Positions 24,829-36,545 of a stretch of 64,000 nucleotides of DNA are shown here, one piece after another (the stretch's first letter is position 1; the number at the start of each line of letters is the position of its first letter). The stretch lies in NCBI RefSeq assembly GCF_035594765.1, contig NC_085842.1, positions 94,030,782 to 94,094,781 of the forward strand, read 5' to 3'. Below the pieces are notes generated by a model. The model was not told the origin of the DNA, made no database searches, and saw nothing but the letters and a program-made list of their open reading frames with translations. The stretch is from Anolis carolinensis (taxonomy: Eukaryota). A program made the translations under genes and the position numbers.

Positions 24829-25460
24829 ATCCAGTCCAAACCCTGCCAAGAAGCAGGAAAATTGCATTCAAAGCACCCGCGACAGATGGCCATCCAGCCT
24901 CTGTTTAAAAGCCTCCAAAGGAACCTCCACCACACTCTGGGGCAGAGAGTTCCAGTGGAGAAAAGCTCTCACAGGAAGTTCTTCCTAATGTTCAGGTGGA
25001 ATCTCCTTTCCTGAAGTTTGAAGCCACTGTCCTGAGTCCTAGTCTCCAGGGCAGAAAACAAGCTTGCTCCCTCCTCTCTATGACTTCCCCTCACATATTT
25101 ATACATGGCTATCATGTCTCCTCTCAGCCTTCTCTTCTTCAGGCTAAACACACCCAGGTCTTTAAATTGCTCCTCATAGGGCTTGTTCTCCAGACTCTTG
25201 ATCATTTTAGTCACCCTCCTCTGGACACCTTCAGCTTGTCAACATCTCCCTTCAACTGTGGTGCCCAGAATTGGACACAGTATTCCAGGTGTGGGCTGAC
25301 TAAGGCAGAATAGAGGGGTAGCATGACTTCCCTGGATTTAGACACTATACTCCTATTTATGCAGGCCAAAATCCCATGGGCTTTTTTTGCTGCCACATCA
25401 CATTGTTAGCTCATGTTTAACGTCTTATCCCTGAGGACTCCAATATATTTTTAATACATG
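24829..25460 (-). mobile_element. CR1 LINE 3' fragment (its extreme 3' end is at 23636-23674)
   Basis: [58 protein letters not shown]. Confidence 0.92.
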
Positions 25461-25984
25461 CTGCTATCAAGCTGCTGTGCATTCTTGAGACACTGAACAG
25501 AATAAGTGTTCTAATTGAGTAAACATAATGCAAAAGTAGTATGGTAACACCCTTGCAGTCTTGCTCCTACATTATGATGGCCCATTTCAACTATGGTGGC
25601 AAACTTACAAATACTCATTACTAGAATAATGCTGCATAAGCCTTGTATTTAAATATTCTCTATCTATGAAAAAAGATGATGCACAGTGCTCTGTAACATT
25701 TGAACTGGTTACCAAGTATTGTTCTCACTAGTTAGCAAGTTGGGATCTCAGTGATCCTGGTTTAACAAGTGAAATAAATCCAGAGACCATGATATTATGA
25801 AAGAGGTTGCACACCCAGAAGTATGAAAGATTGCTCTAGAAGCCTACCTATTACGTTAAACAGTTTAAGTGTTTGTAGAACAGGGCTAATGGCTGTCTTT
25901 TTTTTGTTCAGTTCTATGCATAAAAATATTTTAACACCCTCTCAAAAGAAGCATAAAAATCAGTCTCATGCCTTAAGAAAATTC

Positions 25985-25990
25985 TTTATT
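25985..25990 (-). terminator. CNOT8: Candidate CNOT8 polyadenylation signal AATAAA
   Basis: TTTATT on + about 930 nt beyond the stop, at the end of unique AU-rich UTR-like sequence. Confidence 0.65.
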
Positions 25991-26918
25991 TTACAAAATT
26001 AAGAACCAGCTATATATACACAAGCATTTTAATAGCAGCTTGCAATACTTTACAAAATGAGTTTTAAGCTTTTTTAAAAATGCCACACAATCAGGATTTT
26101 CTCTCTCCCTCAACAGGACTTTGGTGTGTCAGGACTTCCAGTTAAATATACTTTTCCCCAAACCACTTAACAAGGGTTCCTTTTCACAACAGCATAAAAG
26201 AAAAGCTTTGTCAGCCTTTCCTGGGCAGATACATGTGATTCCATCAATCTTCTGAATATCCCGTTAACAGAAGGGTAAAGTTTTTCACTTAAAGTGAAAC
26301 CATTTTTGGTCCCAATTATTATTGTAGCCTCAAACATGCAGACAGTTTTGCTCCATTTTATGGTATTTTATGAAATGTACTGATATGATGCATGGCATGG
26401 CAATCTAAAAGGAGGAGGAGCCAGTTGTAATGCTATCCAGAAGCACCACAAGGGCTGTGGTTAAAGCAGATCTAAGCAGTTCATGCAGGACCTCCACCAC
26501 CAGGGTTGAATGGAACACTTTCACAGATGGATGTACACAAAAGATAAAAGTAGCAGAGGGCTTAGGAACAAATCACCCTCACAGAGAGCAAAAAAAAAGT
26601 TTTAAAATAAGCTTTCAAAAGCTAAATCTGCAAGTGCATGAGAGAGCCTCAGCTCTGCTGAAAGCTCTGACATTGTATACTCCTTGCAAATTCAGTAAAG
26701 TTTAAAAGAAAATATATTTACATTGTAGTTTTTCTGGTTTTTGCACAGGGGCAAAACACTGTATCGCCATTATGAAGTTGCCTGATAAGAATCCATCTAG
26801 ATTCAAAAATTTTGCCCTCTGCAGAAAACATCCTAGTTCTTCCACAATTTCTTTGAGAGACTTGTTTAAGGAGAGTTTACCTCCATGGACCCAAGTCACT
26901 GCGAATGACAGCTAGTTG

Positions 26919-27068
26919 TCACTGCTGCATATTATTGATAATCGCCAAAATACTCATTTTCTCTTGTGCTGTTTCTACATCTTCACTCTGTTTCTGAGCT
27001 ACTCCTGTGCCAAGGCCATACAGTCTCCCACAGTACTTTGCATCATCGATTGTATCCTCAAAGAACAA
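26919..27068 (-). CDS. CNOT8: CNOT8 last coding exon (LFFEDTIDDAKYCGRLYGLGTGVAQKQSEDVETAQEKMSILAIINNMQQ*)
   Basis: TTCTAG| acceptor, 150 nt including TGA. The C-terminus is CNOT8-type rather than CNOT7-type. Confidence 0.97.
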   Translation of the reverse strand: MFFEDTIDDAKYCGRLYGLGTGVAQKQSEDVETAQEKMSILAIINNMQQ

Positions 27069-27273
27069 CTAGAAAAAGAAAAAAAAGTTACTGATTGTGC
27101 TTTGCATGTAATGAGACATATAATTAGACTTCAACCACGTCATTGCTGCAGTGGTGGCAACTACACAATGTTAGGGAAGGGGAACTGTTAATTCCCAAAA
27201 GTAGCTCATACTGCAAGGAAGGTCCAAGTCAGGCCATATATGTATTACTGTGCACTCTGATAAATAAGCATAC

Positions 27274-27384
27274 CTCTTTCATCCTGAAAAATGCCATCCC
27301 TGTAAGTAGCGAGTCTGATCCGGCTTGGTGCTGTCGTCCAATCCGCTGCAAATCTAGCTGGTCGGCCACTTCTTGGAGGCCTCC
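27274..27384 (-). CDS. CNOT8: CNOT8 coding exon 5 ([37 protein letters not shown])
   Basis: CAG|..|GTATGC, 111 nt. Contains H225 and D230 of the DEDDh site. Confidence 0.97.
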
Positions 27385-27496
27385 CTGCAATCAAGGAAGA
27401 AACCTGAGATCTAAGCAACTTGCTCGAGTTCCCTTCCCCTGGCTAAGTCAATTTGAGACCAACAGAATACACAATCAATGCATAACAATTCCAACA

Positions 27497-29809
27497 TCTA
27501 TCTATCTATATAAATGTTCTGATAGTTTTTCCCTTAACTTAAACAACAAAAGTACACAACCAAAACACACCAAATTTGGCCACAAAACGGTCATCCGGAC
27601 TGTGTTTTTACATAAAATAAAAAAAACAAGAAAAATAAAGTCCTAATTAGAGGGAGAGGAATAACTGTTTCTTTCTCATTGCTGCCGGTTAGAAGGCTAA
27701 GCTCCGCCCACTTTGTTTCCTAGCAATCCACTCAGCCATTTAATGGCACCCAGAGCCTCTTCAATCAGGCCTCTTCCACACTGCCTATAAAATACAGATT
27801 ATCTGATTTGAACTGATATGGCAGTGTAGACTCAAGGCCCTTCCACACAGCTATATTACCCATTTATAATATATTATCTGCTTTGAACTGGATTATCTTG
27901 AGTCCACGCTGCCATATAATCCACTTCAGTGTGCATTTTATACAGCTGTGTAGAAGGAGCCTCATATCATACAGTTCTAAGCAGATAATATCTATATAAT
28001 AAAAGTCAATGTTTGTATGCGGGTATGTATGTATGCGGGTATGTGGCAGCTTTCTGATTGGCCACCACTTCCACAGGCCACTGAGACCACCAGAAATGAC
28101 GGATCTGGCCCAAACTTGACACATTTAACCCCCATGAGGCACTTTATGGCCTGGTGCCGTTTGGGGAAGGATGGACCACAGATGATGGGATTTGCAGTAC
28201 TTTCAAACACTTTAACTCCCACAGACTACTGCAATGCCCACCAATGATGGAAATGGACCAAACTTGGCACACAGAACCCCTGTGGCCCCCTTTACGTCCT
28301 GATGTATATTGGGGCAGGATGGACCAAGGATGATGGAATTTGCAGTACCTTCCCTCACTTCTTGAGACCACAGCAACTGACACAAATCACAGAACTGAAC
28401 CAAACCAGGCACACATATCCCAAATGACACACTTCACATGCTGCAGCAGTTTGACGGAGGATGGACCAAGGATTATGGGATTTGCAGTACCTTCATCCAA
28501 TTCACCTCCCACAAACCACTGTGATGCCCATGAATGACAAAACTGTATCAAACTTGACACGCACGTGCAGGGTAGCCCACTTTACATCCTGGTGCAGTTT
28601 GGGGGAGGAGGGACCGTGGATGATGGGACTTGCACTATCTTCACTCACTTCCTGGGACTACTCTGACCCCCACCAATGTCTCATCAAGACCAAACTTGAC
28701 ACAGACAACACCCAAGACTCACTCTACACTCAGGTGCAGTTTGGAGGATGATGGACCATGCATGATGGGACTTCCAATACCTTCACTCACTTCCTGAGAG
28801 CACCGCGACCCACACAAATGACTGATCAAGACCAAACATGGTACATTGAGCCCCCATGACCTACTCTACATACTGGCTCTGTTTGGAGAGGGATGGACAC
28901 TGGACGATGGGACTTGCATATGGGAGTTGGAGCTCACCTGCACCCACTGAACCCACCTGACATTGGATATAGGCTACACTTGGAACACAGGCAAACAATG
29001 CCTTTCTCAAATGACCCGGTCACCGCCGGGTCTCCAAGCTAGTAAGATTATAAATATACAGTAGAGTTTCACTTATCCAACACAAACACCCTGGCAGAAC
29101 ATTGGATAAGTGAATGTTGGATAAGTGAGACTGTGCTGTAATATGAAATATTTACTGTGGTATAATAATACAGAACAATATAATCTCTAAAACCAGGACA
29201 GTAAATAAAGAGCAACACTCTGAAAGCAGGGAAATTGAGAATTCCAGAAAGGAAACAATCGGGGCCAGCTAACACATCCCAACAAAGGATTTTCCCAGGC
29301 AGGAAGCAAACACACTTTGAAGCTGCAAGGGCATGCTAATCAAGGTGGCTAATTGCAGCATTCATACCTGCCACACTGAGACTATTCATTGCTATTCAAA
29401 CTGGCTAACCAAAGATTCTGCAAGGTAGAAAGCGGCCAGGCTTGCAAGCAGCAAGGCTATTCAGTGCTAATCAAACTGGCCAACCAAGATTTCCCCTAGA
29501 TAGAATACCCCCAAGCTCTGAAGCCACGAGGCTACTCTGTCCCATACAACCAGGCCTAGAAAGGATGCCCTATGTAGAAAGCAGCCAGGCTTTTAAGCTG
29601 CAAGATTATTCAGTGCAGTTCAAGCTGGCAAAAACGAGGATTCCCCTACTAAGGAAGTAGCCAGGCTTCAAAGCGGCTCTTTGAGGGTGCTACTCCAGCT
29701 ACTCCAGAAAACAGCCAGGCTTTGAGGCTGCAAGGCTATTCACTACTATTCCACCTGGCCGACAAATGATTCCCATAAGCCACAGCAACGCGTGGCCAGA
29801 CAAAGCTAG
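27497..29809 (+). mobile_element. Non-autonomous Helitron (outer) with captured TE pieces and a nested Helitron
   Basis: a|TCTATCTATCTATATAAATG ... GCCACAGCAACGCGTGGC hairpin ..AGCTAG|t. Confidence 0.8.
27991..29042 (+). mobile_element. Non-autonomous Helitron (inner) with about 6 degenerate ~145-bp internal repeats
   Basis: a|TCTATATAATAAAAG ... GACCCGGTCACCGCCGGGTC hairpin ..AGCTAG|t. Removing it restores gcagataata|taagattataaat, as seen at about 258-280. Confidence 0.85.
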
Positions 29810-29953
29810 TGCTTACATTAAACTGAAACTACAATTGAAATTAATTGTACAGTTAAGTTTTTAAAAGTTATATATTTATAAAAATATTATGTAATGCAAC
29901 CAGCAACTCATCTCAAGTTTGGCATTTAAAGCGATAAAACTCAAGCAGGGTAC

Positions 29954-30098
29954 CTTTAGGTTTTTGCAACTCTTCATCAGGTACTTAACGTCATATATGG
30001 ATGGGAAGAAGAGATTCAAGATATGAAAGAATTCATGTTCTTCTTCGGGAAGCCTTGAATCTGTCAGAAGTTTCACCATATAACCAAAGTCATAGCCA
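29954..30098 (-). CDS. CNOT8: CNOT8 coding exon 4 (GYDFGYMVKLLTDSRLPEEEHEFFHILNLFFPSIYDVKYLMKSCKNLK)
   Basis: TAG|..AAG|GTACC, 145 nt. Contains catalytic D161. Confidence 0.97.
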
Positions 30099-30809
30099 CT
30101 AATGGAGGAATGGTGCAAAGAGAGATCACAATATGCTTATGTAACAAACATCAAAAAAAAAATATTCTGCTTATCATTCTTTCCCCTTAATTTAAAAACA
30201 AGTATCGGGAAATGATGTCTGCAGAGCTCTCCCAGTCTCAGGACGCATTGAGAAAACCACTGTAACAGGACTCAAGAGATTGGTGGGCCACATGGCCAGA
30301 GGAGAAATGCACTCAGCAGCACTTCGGAAATCCCTTGGGTAGGCTACTAACTGCCTAGTTAGAAAGGCAGGACCTGCTTGTCTATTTCTCATCAGCTACA
30401 GGGGGTTGGGACAAACTGGGTCGAGTTAAATGCCCTCAATTAAAAGCTAAATCTCAATAATATCTATAAAATTCAATAAATTCAATTTTTACTTATCACT
30501 TCTTTACCAAGATCAATCGTTCTGAGTATCCTTTTTTCTTGAAGGACTCTCAATTCAATAATTATTTAATAATCTTATTGTTAGAAAGTGAATCTTTTGC
30601 TGACACATAAAATTCAACAGTAGCATTGCAAGATGATTTTCAGTTGTATTGTATTACTATTAAAATGCTCTACAACAAAAAGTTAGCACATTTAATGGAG
30701 CTACAAGTTTTTATGCTCTTTAAATCCAAATGGCAAATTAAACTTTATTAAACTAATGTTGAATTTATTCATACATAAACAATTGGAAATAAAATAATAT
30801 TTTACCAAC

Positions 30810-30971
30810 CTGTGAAATGAAAGCCACTTGACATTGTCACAAAGCACCACACCAGAAGTCATAAGTAGCTCTGCAAAATGCAAAGTATCAATTCCTTCCT
30901 CCTCATGTTTCTGGAACTGCAGTCCAGAGCTTGCAAGAAGATCTATTGAATCCTGAGAATACATATCTTCC
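30810..30971 (-). CDS. CNOT8: CNOT8 coding exon 3 (EDMYSQDSIDLLASSGLQFQKHEEEGIDTLHFAELLMTSGVVLCDNVKWLSFH)
   Basis: TAG|..AG|GTTGGT, 162 nt. Confidence 0.97.
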
Positions 30972-31517
30972 CTAATGAGAGACAAATGAATGGTAAACAT
31001 TAATTTTCATTGTGTTTCAACTCCAAGGCATAAACTACCTCCTAGGACACACAGCCCTGTGGCTGGATGGTATCTGGCAAGAGCTCTCACAGTCCCTATC
31101 ATCAGCATTCTTCAGCTTAGAAGAACTGATGTCTGCCTTCCCATAGCACTGAATTATGGGATTCCTAGCTCGTACTGCAAATTTGAATGCTAAAGACCAA
31201 TCTTCTTTGTGTTGCTGAGCATTGAAATCTCAGGGGGACAGGACCAGGAAAAAAGCTTGGCAGGCCCTCTGGGGTAGACATTTTCCATTCTTGCCATAAT
31301 TCATCTCTAAGACAAGTAATTCAACCAATATTTTTGATTCACAGTTCACACATGTAAAAAGCAGCAACGTTTTGTCTTCTATATAACTTGTAACAACAGC
31401 GAAACAAGCTGAGAAGCTTCCATTATCTTGTTGTGGAAGTTCATAGGCAAAATGTAGGGGTAACCCATCAAACAGTACTTGACATATGCCAAAGATGGTG
31501 CTGTTCAATTACTAGTA

Positions 31518-31840
31518 CAGTAAAGTCTCACTTATCCAAGCTAAACGGGCCGGCAGAAGCTTGGATAAGCAAATATCTTGGATAATAAAGAGGGATTAAG
31601 GAAAAGCCTATTAAACATCAAATTAGGTTATGATTTTACAAATTAAGCACCAAAACATCATGTTTTACAACAAATTTGTCAGAAAAAGCAGTTCAATACG
31701 CAGTAATGTTATGTTGTAATTACTGTATTTACGAATTTAGCACCAAAATATCACGATATATTGAAAACATTGACTACAAAAATGGCTTGGATAATCCAGA
31801 AACTTGGATAAGCGAGGCTTGGATAAGTGAAACTCTACTG
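31518..31840. mobile_element. Tc1/mariner-type MITE
   Basis: Same family as 11903-12225 in reverse orientation, with TA TSD. Confidence 0.9.
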
Positions 31841-32110
31841 TATACCTATTTCTATTTTGTCTATCTGAAAATATCAGGCCCTATTCAGTGTACTACTTTA
31901 CATTTTTATTTAACAACCAATCACTGCTTAACTGTTTCTGAAATGGCACATTGACCTGTAACAATTTCTTTATGCTTGAATGAAATGTCTTCTTTGAATG
32001 AGAAGAAGTTTTTTTTTCTTTTAAACTTTGCCACAGGTCTTCTGGTGGTCGGAAGGAGGGATGGTGGGACAGACGGAAAGAGAAATTGTTCCCCAGTTGT
32101 GAAGACTTAC

Positions 32111-32304
32111 GTAAGATTGAATTTGAAGTTAAACTGCCAAGTGTTGATTCCAGCAGGATATTCTCCTTTTTCATTTGTGAAGGTCAGTCCTAGCTGGATA
32201 ATCTTTAAGAGGTCAACATTACACCGGAGAAGCTGGTACTGGTAGTCTATAGAGCTACGGAATTCACCTATTGGCCGAACCACAACTCCAGGAAACTCTG
32301 TATC
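32111..32304 (-). CDS. CNOT8: CNOT8 coding exon 2 ([64 protein letters not shown])
   Basis: TAG|..AC|GTAAGT, 194 nt. Contains catalytic D40 and E42. Confidence 0.97.
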
Positions 32305-33269
32305 CTAAGAAAGTAGAGAAAAATTCAGATCAACCCTTTTTATTAACAGTGACACCTAACCATAGTGCGAAAAGGCTGTATCAGGCTTTTCTGAGCTTGC
32401 AAGGAAATCAATAGAATATCAGAGCTTTTGTTTACAGGGACAATGTACTCCACTGCATAATAAGCTATCATCAATGTGTCAATGATAATTTCCTAAATTT
32501 AATGACTACACTTTTTTGGCATGCCAATGATATAAGTGTTGCTTGCAGCCATCTCCTGCTTCATATCTCCTGTTGTTCTACTTCTTCATGGAAACATCTG
32601 ACCATGCAAAGTAGAAATAGAGTGGATGCATCACTACATCTCCATCCCATAATTTCAGAGGTTTGCTGAAAATTGGTAACATTCTGGCCTGTTGTATCCC
32701 ACAAACTATTATTCGAAGTTCATTTGTGTTATTCAAAGTATGAACAATTTGGAATGGGAAAACTTTTATGCTACTGGGCCCCAAAATTCAGTAGCATGGA
32801 AGTACAATGTAGGCATAATCTGTGTGTGAATGTATAGAATATGTGCAATTCATTTTCCTGTAACTAAACATATTGAGAACACAAGGTTGTTTTGCAAAGT
32901 CTATCAAGAGGTGCATTTCCCAACAGCAGCATCCAGCTACTTCCAAAAAAAATCACAAATATAGCATGAAACTGATAGCAAGGTCCCAAATATTATGACA
33001 GAACATTCAAATGTTCCACTATTTACATAGAATTGATCAGACACCAAAATGCATTTGCAGTTTTGAGATTCATAACCTACCCAGAGAAAATACTTCAAAA
33101 TATCAGTATTTTTAAAATGGCCTCCTCCACAATTGCCAGCCTCTCTTAGAAAACATTAAGCAACTTCCTGTTTTGGGTCAGGCTCATGAGTTTCAACCAA
33201 AATGACTCAATTGTCTAGAATAAAATTCAAGATTTTAAATGCAAATTGAATGCTGAAGCACAAGCTTAC

Positions 33270-33386
33270 CATTGCAATGTAGCTGTAGCTGAGAACAATT
33301 TCCCGAATTTTCCTCATCTCTTCTTCTAGATTGTTTGCCCATACTTCACAGATCACCTGACTATTTTCTGCAAGTGCTGCTGGCAT
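33270..33386 (-). CDS. CNOT8: CNOT8 first coding exon (MPAALAENSQVICEVWANNLEEEMRKIREIVLSYSYIAM); the exon extends as 5' UTR to the acceptor at 33448
   Basis: AAGATGC start, ATG|GTAAG donor. The six exons sum to 879 nt = 292 aa + stop. Confidence 0.97.
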
Positions 33387-33812
33387 CTTGAAGAATTTGC
33401 ACAAGAGTTGCAATGGCAAGACAGTTGCTCCCAGATGTCAAAGTCAACCTAAACAAGCAAACCAAGATTAAAGATTCTTTATCCCAAGATAATATTCACT
33501 GTAACCCAAAGCTTCACACAACCATACATTAGACAGGTAGCTCAATCCAATTAATGTTTTCTCGGCACTAAAGATTTTAACAAAATGTATTCTGAAATGA
33601 CACTGATTAATTTAGTGCAATGTTTATAATTCAGTACATAAAACCTGATTAGCACATTTGACCAATATAACCATATTATTCTTTTATCATGCATGCTTGC
33701 AATATAAATAATATCTAATAATATAACTTAAGTGAAAGGCAACAATATAAATACTGTAAATAAATAAATAAAATACACGTGAAATATAAACTCATGTTGA
33801 ATGAACAAAGTA

Positions 33813-34153
33813 CAGTGTTCCTCACTTATCGGTGGGGTTAGGATCCAGGACCACCCGCAATAAGTGGAAATCCGCGAAGTAAGGACACTATATTTATTTT
33901 AATATTTATACATTATTTTAGTAGTTATACACTACTTTAAGTCTTTATCAACCAATCGTGTGTTGATAAATTGCCTCCTTCTCCTCCCGTTGCCGCTTGG
34001 GCTCCTTTTCTCTCCCTTTGGCTTCTCCTTCCTCCCTTCCTTAGGCTGTAAATTGTAATTTTTTTATGACGTATAAGTCTTTTAGAGTTTATTGAAAAAC
34101 CGCAAAACAGCGAATCCGCGAAAAGTGAATTGCAAAGTAGTGAGGGAACACTG
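33813..34153. mobile_element. Tc1/Tigger-type MITE (CAGTGTTCC(C)TCACT TIR)
   Basis: TIRs and TA TSD. A second copy lies inverted at 58323-58663. Confidence 0.88.
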
Positions 34154-36330
34154 TATATGTATTTATGATAATATCTGACGAAGTTTGTGAAATGAATCCT
34201 GTTCCAGTGCTGGCAAATGCAACTATTGTTTCATATTATGTTCTAACAGGAAATACACGCTCTCTGGAGCAGCCATCATCTTTAATTGCAAACCAAGCAG
34301 GGAGGAAATATTTGCTCCCCACCATTTATTTGTTAGCCAGATTTCTGTACTATTAATTAGTTAGTATCTGTGTAGCAACTGAAACCCCTATTTACATTCT
34401 GTTCATTGAAAGGATTCTCACCCAATTCCAATTAAGATGACAAAATACCTGGGGACTGGAAGGAGGTGAGGAAAAATAAACTGTTTGGCTGTGGCTATTG
34501 TTTTTGTTCACTATACAAAATCAAAACAACATTAAGTTAAAATAAAAAATAGAGATAGAAAATGATCCTAATAATACTTGGAATAATTCCAGTTATTATA
34601 CATTAAATAAGTCTTGAAATGTTTTTCACATGCCTACGTGGCATTCACGAGGGACTGAAAAAAACACTATGTAGGTAAAAGTATGGCTCAATACATTGCA
34701 AAGCAATAAACATGCACTGTTAATTTGCTGCACTAGGTCAACCTAACATGTAATGCTGATTTTCCACAAACTGCTTTGTCTCTGCCCTCCGCTCTGTTCC
34801 ATTAAACACAGAAAACACATTAATTTATATTCAGCAGTCAAGATTAGGACAATGCATGGATTTTTTTGTTCCTTAATATGTGTTTAGCCAAGCTCTCATA
34901 AATTATGGCTTATCTAACTAGCCATTATTGGTAACTATCATCACACTTTACCATCCAAGCAGTAAAAGAAACTACGGGGAGGGGTACTTCTGACTGATGG
35001 TGGTGTCATAAATTTGGGGCTCCTCACACTCCTGTTGTTCGGTTGTGTTTTCCAAGATACGAAAAGTCACAATTTGTAACATTGCAGTTTTTGACATATA
35101 CTAAAGAACAATGTCTACAATAAACACCAGAAACAGACACTGGTGTTTCTTCACAAAACATTCGTAACAGCTTCCAGTTTTTAAGACATCCAACTCAAAA
35201 CACAATCAGCAGTAGCAGTGGAATGATCCTAATCATGACCAATACTGTACATATTGGGTCGATGACTAGGAATTTTATCAGATCAGCTTCTCCAGCTATT
35301 ATGGGCGAGCATGTTTTACAGGTACCAAATTCCTTTTACTTACGATATAAGTCCAACTGAACATAGGGGCAACCACAAACACAACTGAAAAACTGCCTCA
35401 GTCATGTTGTCTCTCCCTCCTCCCCACACACAAGCAAACAAACATCAGAACAGGAAGCAGTCAGACAAGTTAAGAGTGCATATGATTAAAATAAAAAATT
35501 ACTTCACCACTATTAAATTATATTTATCATTTAACTATTGCAAGAAACTGAAAGGAGACCCCAGCAGGGCATTTAGTCTCAGCTAAACATTAGAAAGGTA
35601 GAAACTGTTTCTGTATAACTAAGTCTACTCCATGTCCCATTAACAAGTACTGAAATAAGTTGCCACCATATGACCTCTTTGAATTGAATGAAGAAATAAG
35701 AAATGTGGAACCACTCCTCCCCATCTTGAAAACAAACAAACAAACAAACAAAAAACACGGGGGGGGGGAGTGAGAGGTCTAGTCAAACAATTCAGACAGT
35801 GTTAAAAGTATGGTTATATTCTCATGGCACAGGGGTTATATTTGTCACAGAGCATGTTTATTCACTTGAGATCGACCTAACCGACCTGGAGAAACAGGAT
35901 GATATGCAAACCAAAGGTTCATGGATATCACAGGGTACTCATCTCTTGGACTGATATTTCAAACTGTTTTCTAATCTGTTCTATTACAACTGGTTAATAT
36001 GGAACTGTGTTTCCCCTTCCTAGGGCGTTTGTGCCCCACTTTGTGCTGGTCATGGACCGAAATAAAGATTGAGATTGATCGATAGTTCTTCAAATACCAT
36101 GGGAAATGGTGTTGGTGAAGGGAAAAGGAAGATTATGTCTTATAAGTGACCTTTGCCACTGACATGACTTTAGACCAAGAGAATGTCCTCACAAGTTTCT
36201 TTACACAACACACTGTTCTGGGAAACTTTACAAATACAATTGAAGAGATACGAGTTTGCACTATGTGTAGTCCATAGGAGGACATGAGTATTGCTGACAT
36301 CATACACATTCTTTAGATGTTGCAGGGGAT

Positions 36331-36545
36331 GTGCCTTCATGTTACTTGCTGACTTATGGCAACCCAATTAATTCTACATGGTTTTGTCAGGCAAGGAGTA
36401 CTCAAAGGCAGCCTTACCAATTCCTTCCTCTGAAATATACTCTACAGTATATGATATTTGTTGGTGGTCTCCCACCCAAGTACTAACCAGGTTGATCCTG
36501 CTTAACCTTACAAGATCAGACAGTATCTGGTGCCTTTAGGGTATT
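36331..36545 (-). mobile_element. 5S rRNA-derived SINE with RTE-like tail
   Basis: Minus strand gtctgatcttgtaaggttaagcagg..cctggttagtacttgggtgggagacc is a degenerate 5S internal promoter region. It is followed by a non-5S body and a gggttgccataagtc..gaaggcac tail. Remnants also at about 40140-40270 and 51185-51245. Confidence 0.75.

Noticed and set aside
27143-27646. 167-aa + strand ORF antisense to a CNOT8 exon
   Set aside because: Non-ATG start, shadow of the CNOT8 exon running into a Helitron, and no recognisable domain.
28080-29775. Regularly spaced repeats suggestive of a CRISPR-like array
   Set aside because: The context is vertebrate. Whole units are homologous and degenerate, with no unique spacers and no cas genes.
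31955-32110. Purine/pyrimidine-skewed unique sequence just after CNOT8 coding exon 2, considered as a possible alternative or poison exon extension
   Set aside because: Only a weak CAG|GTCAAT site is present. It cannot be supported without conservation or RNA data.
36331-36545. 5S rRNA-like sequence
   Set aside because: Degenerate and fused to a SINE body and tail, so it is not a functional rRNA gene.
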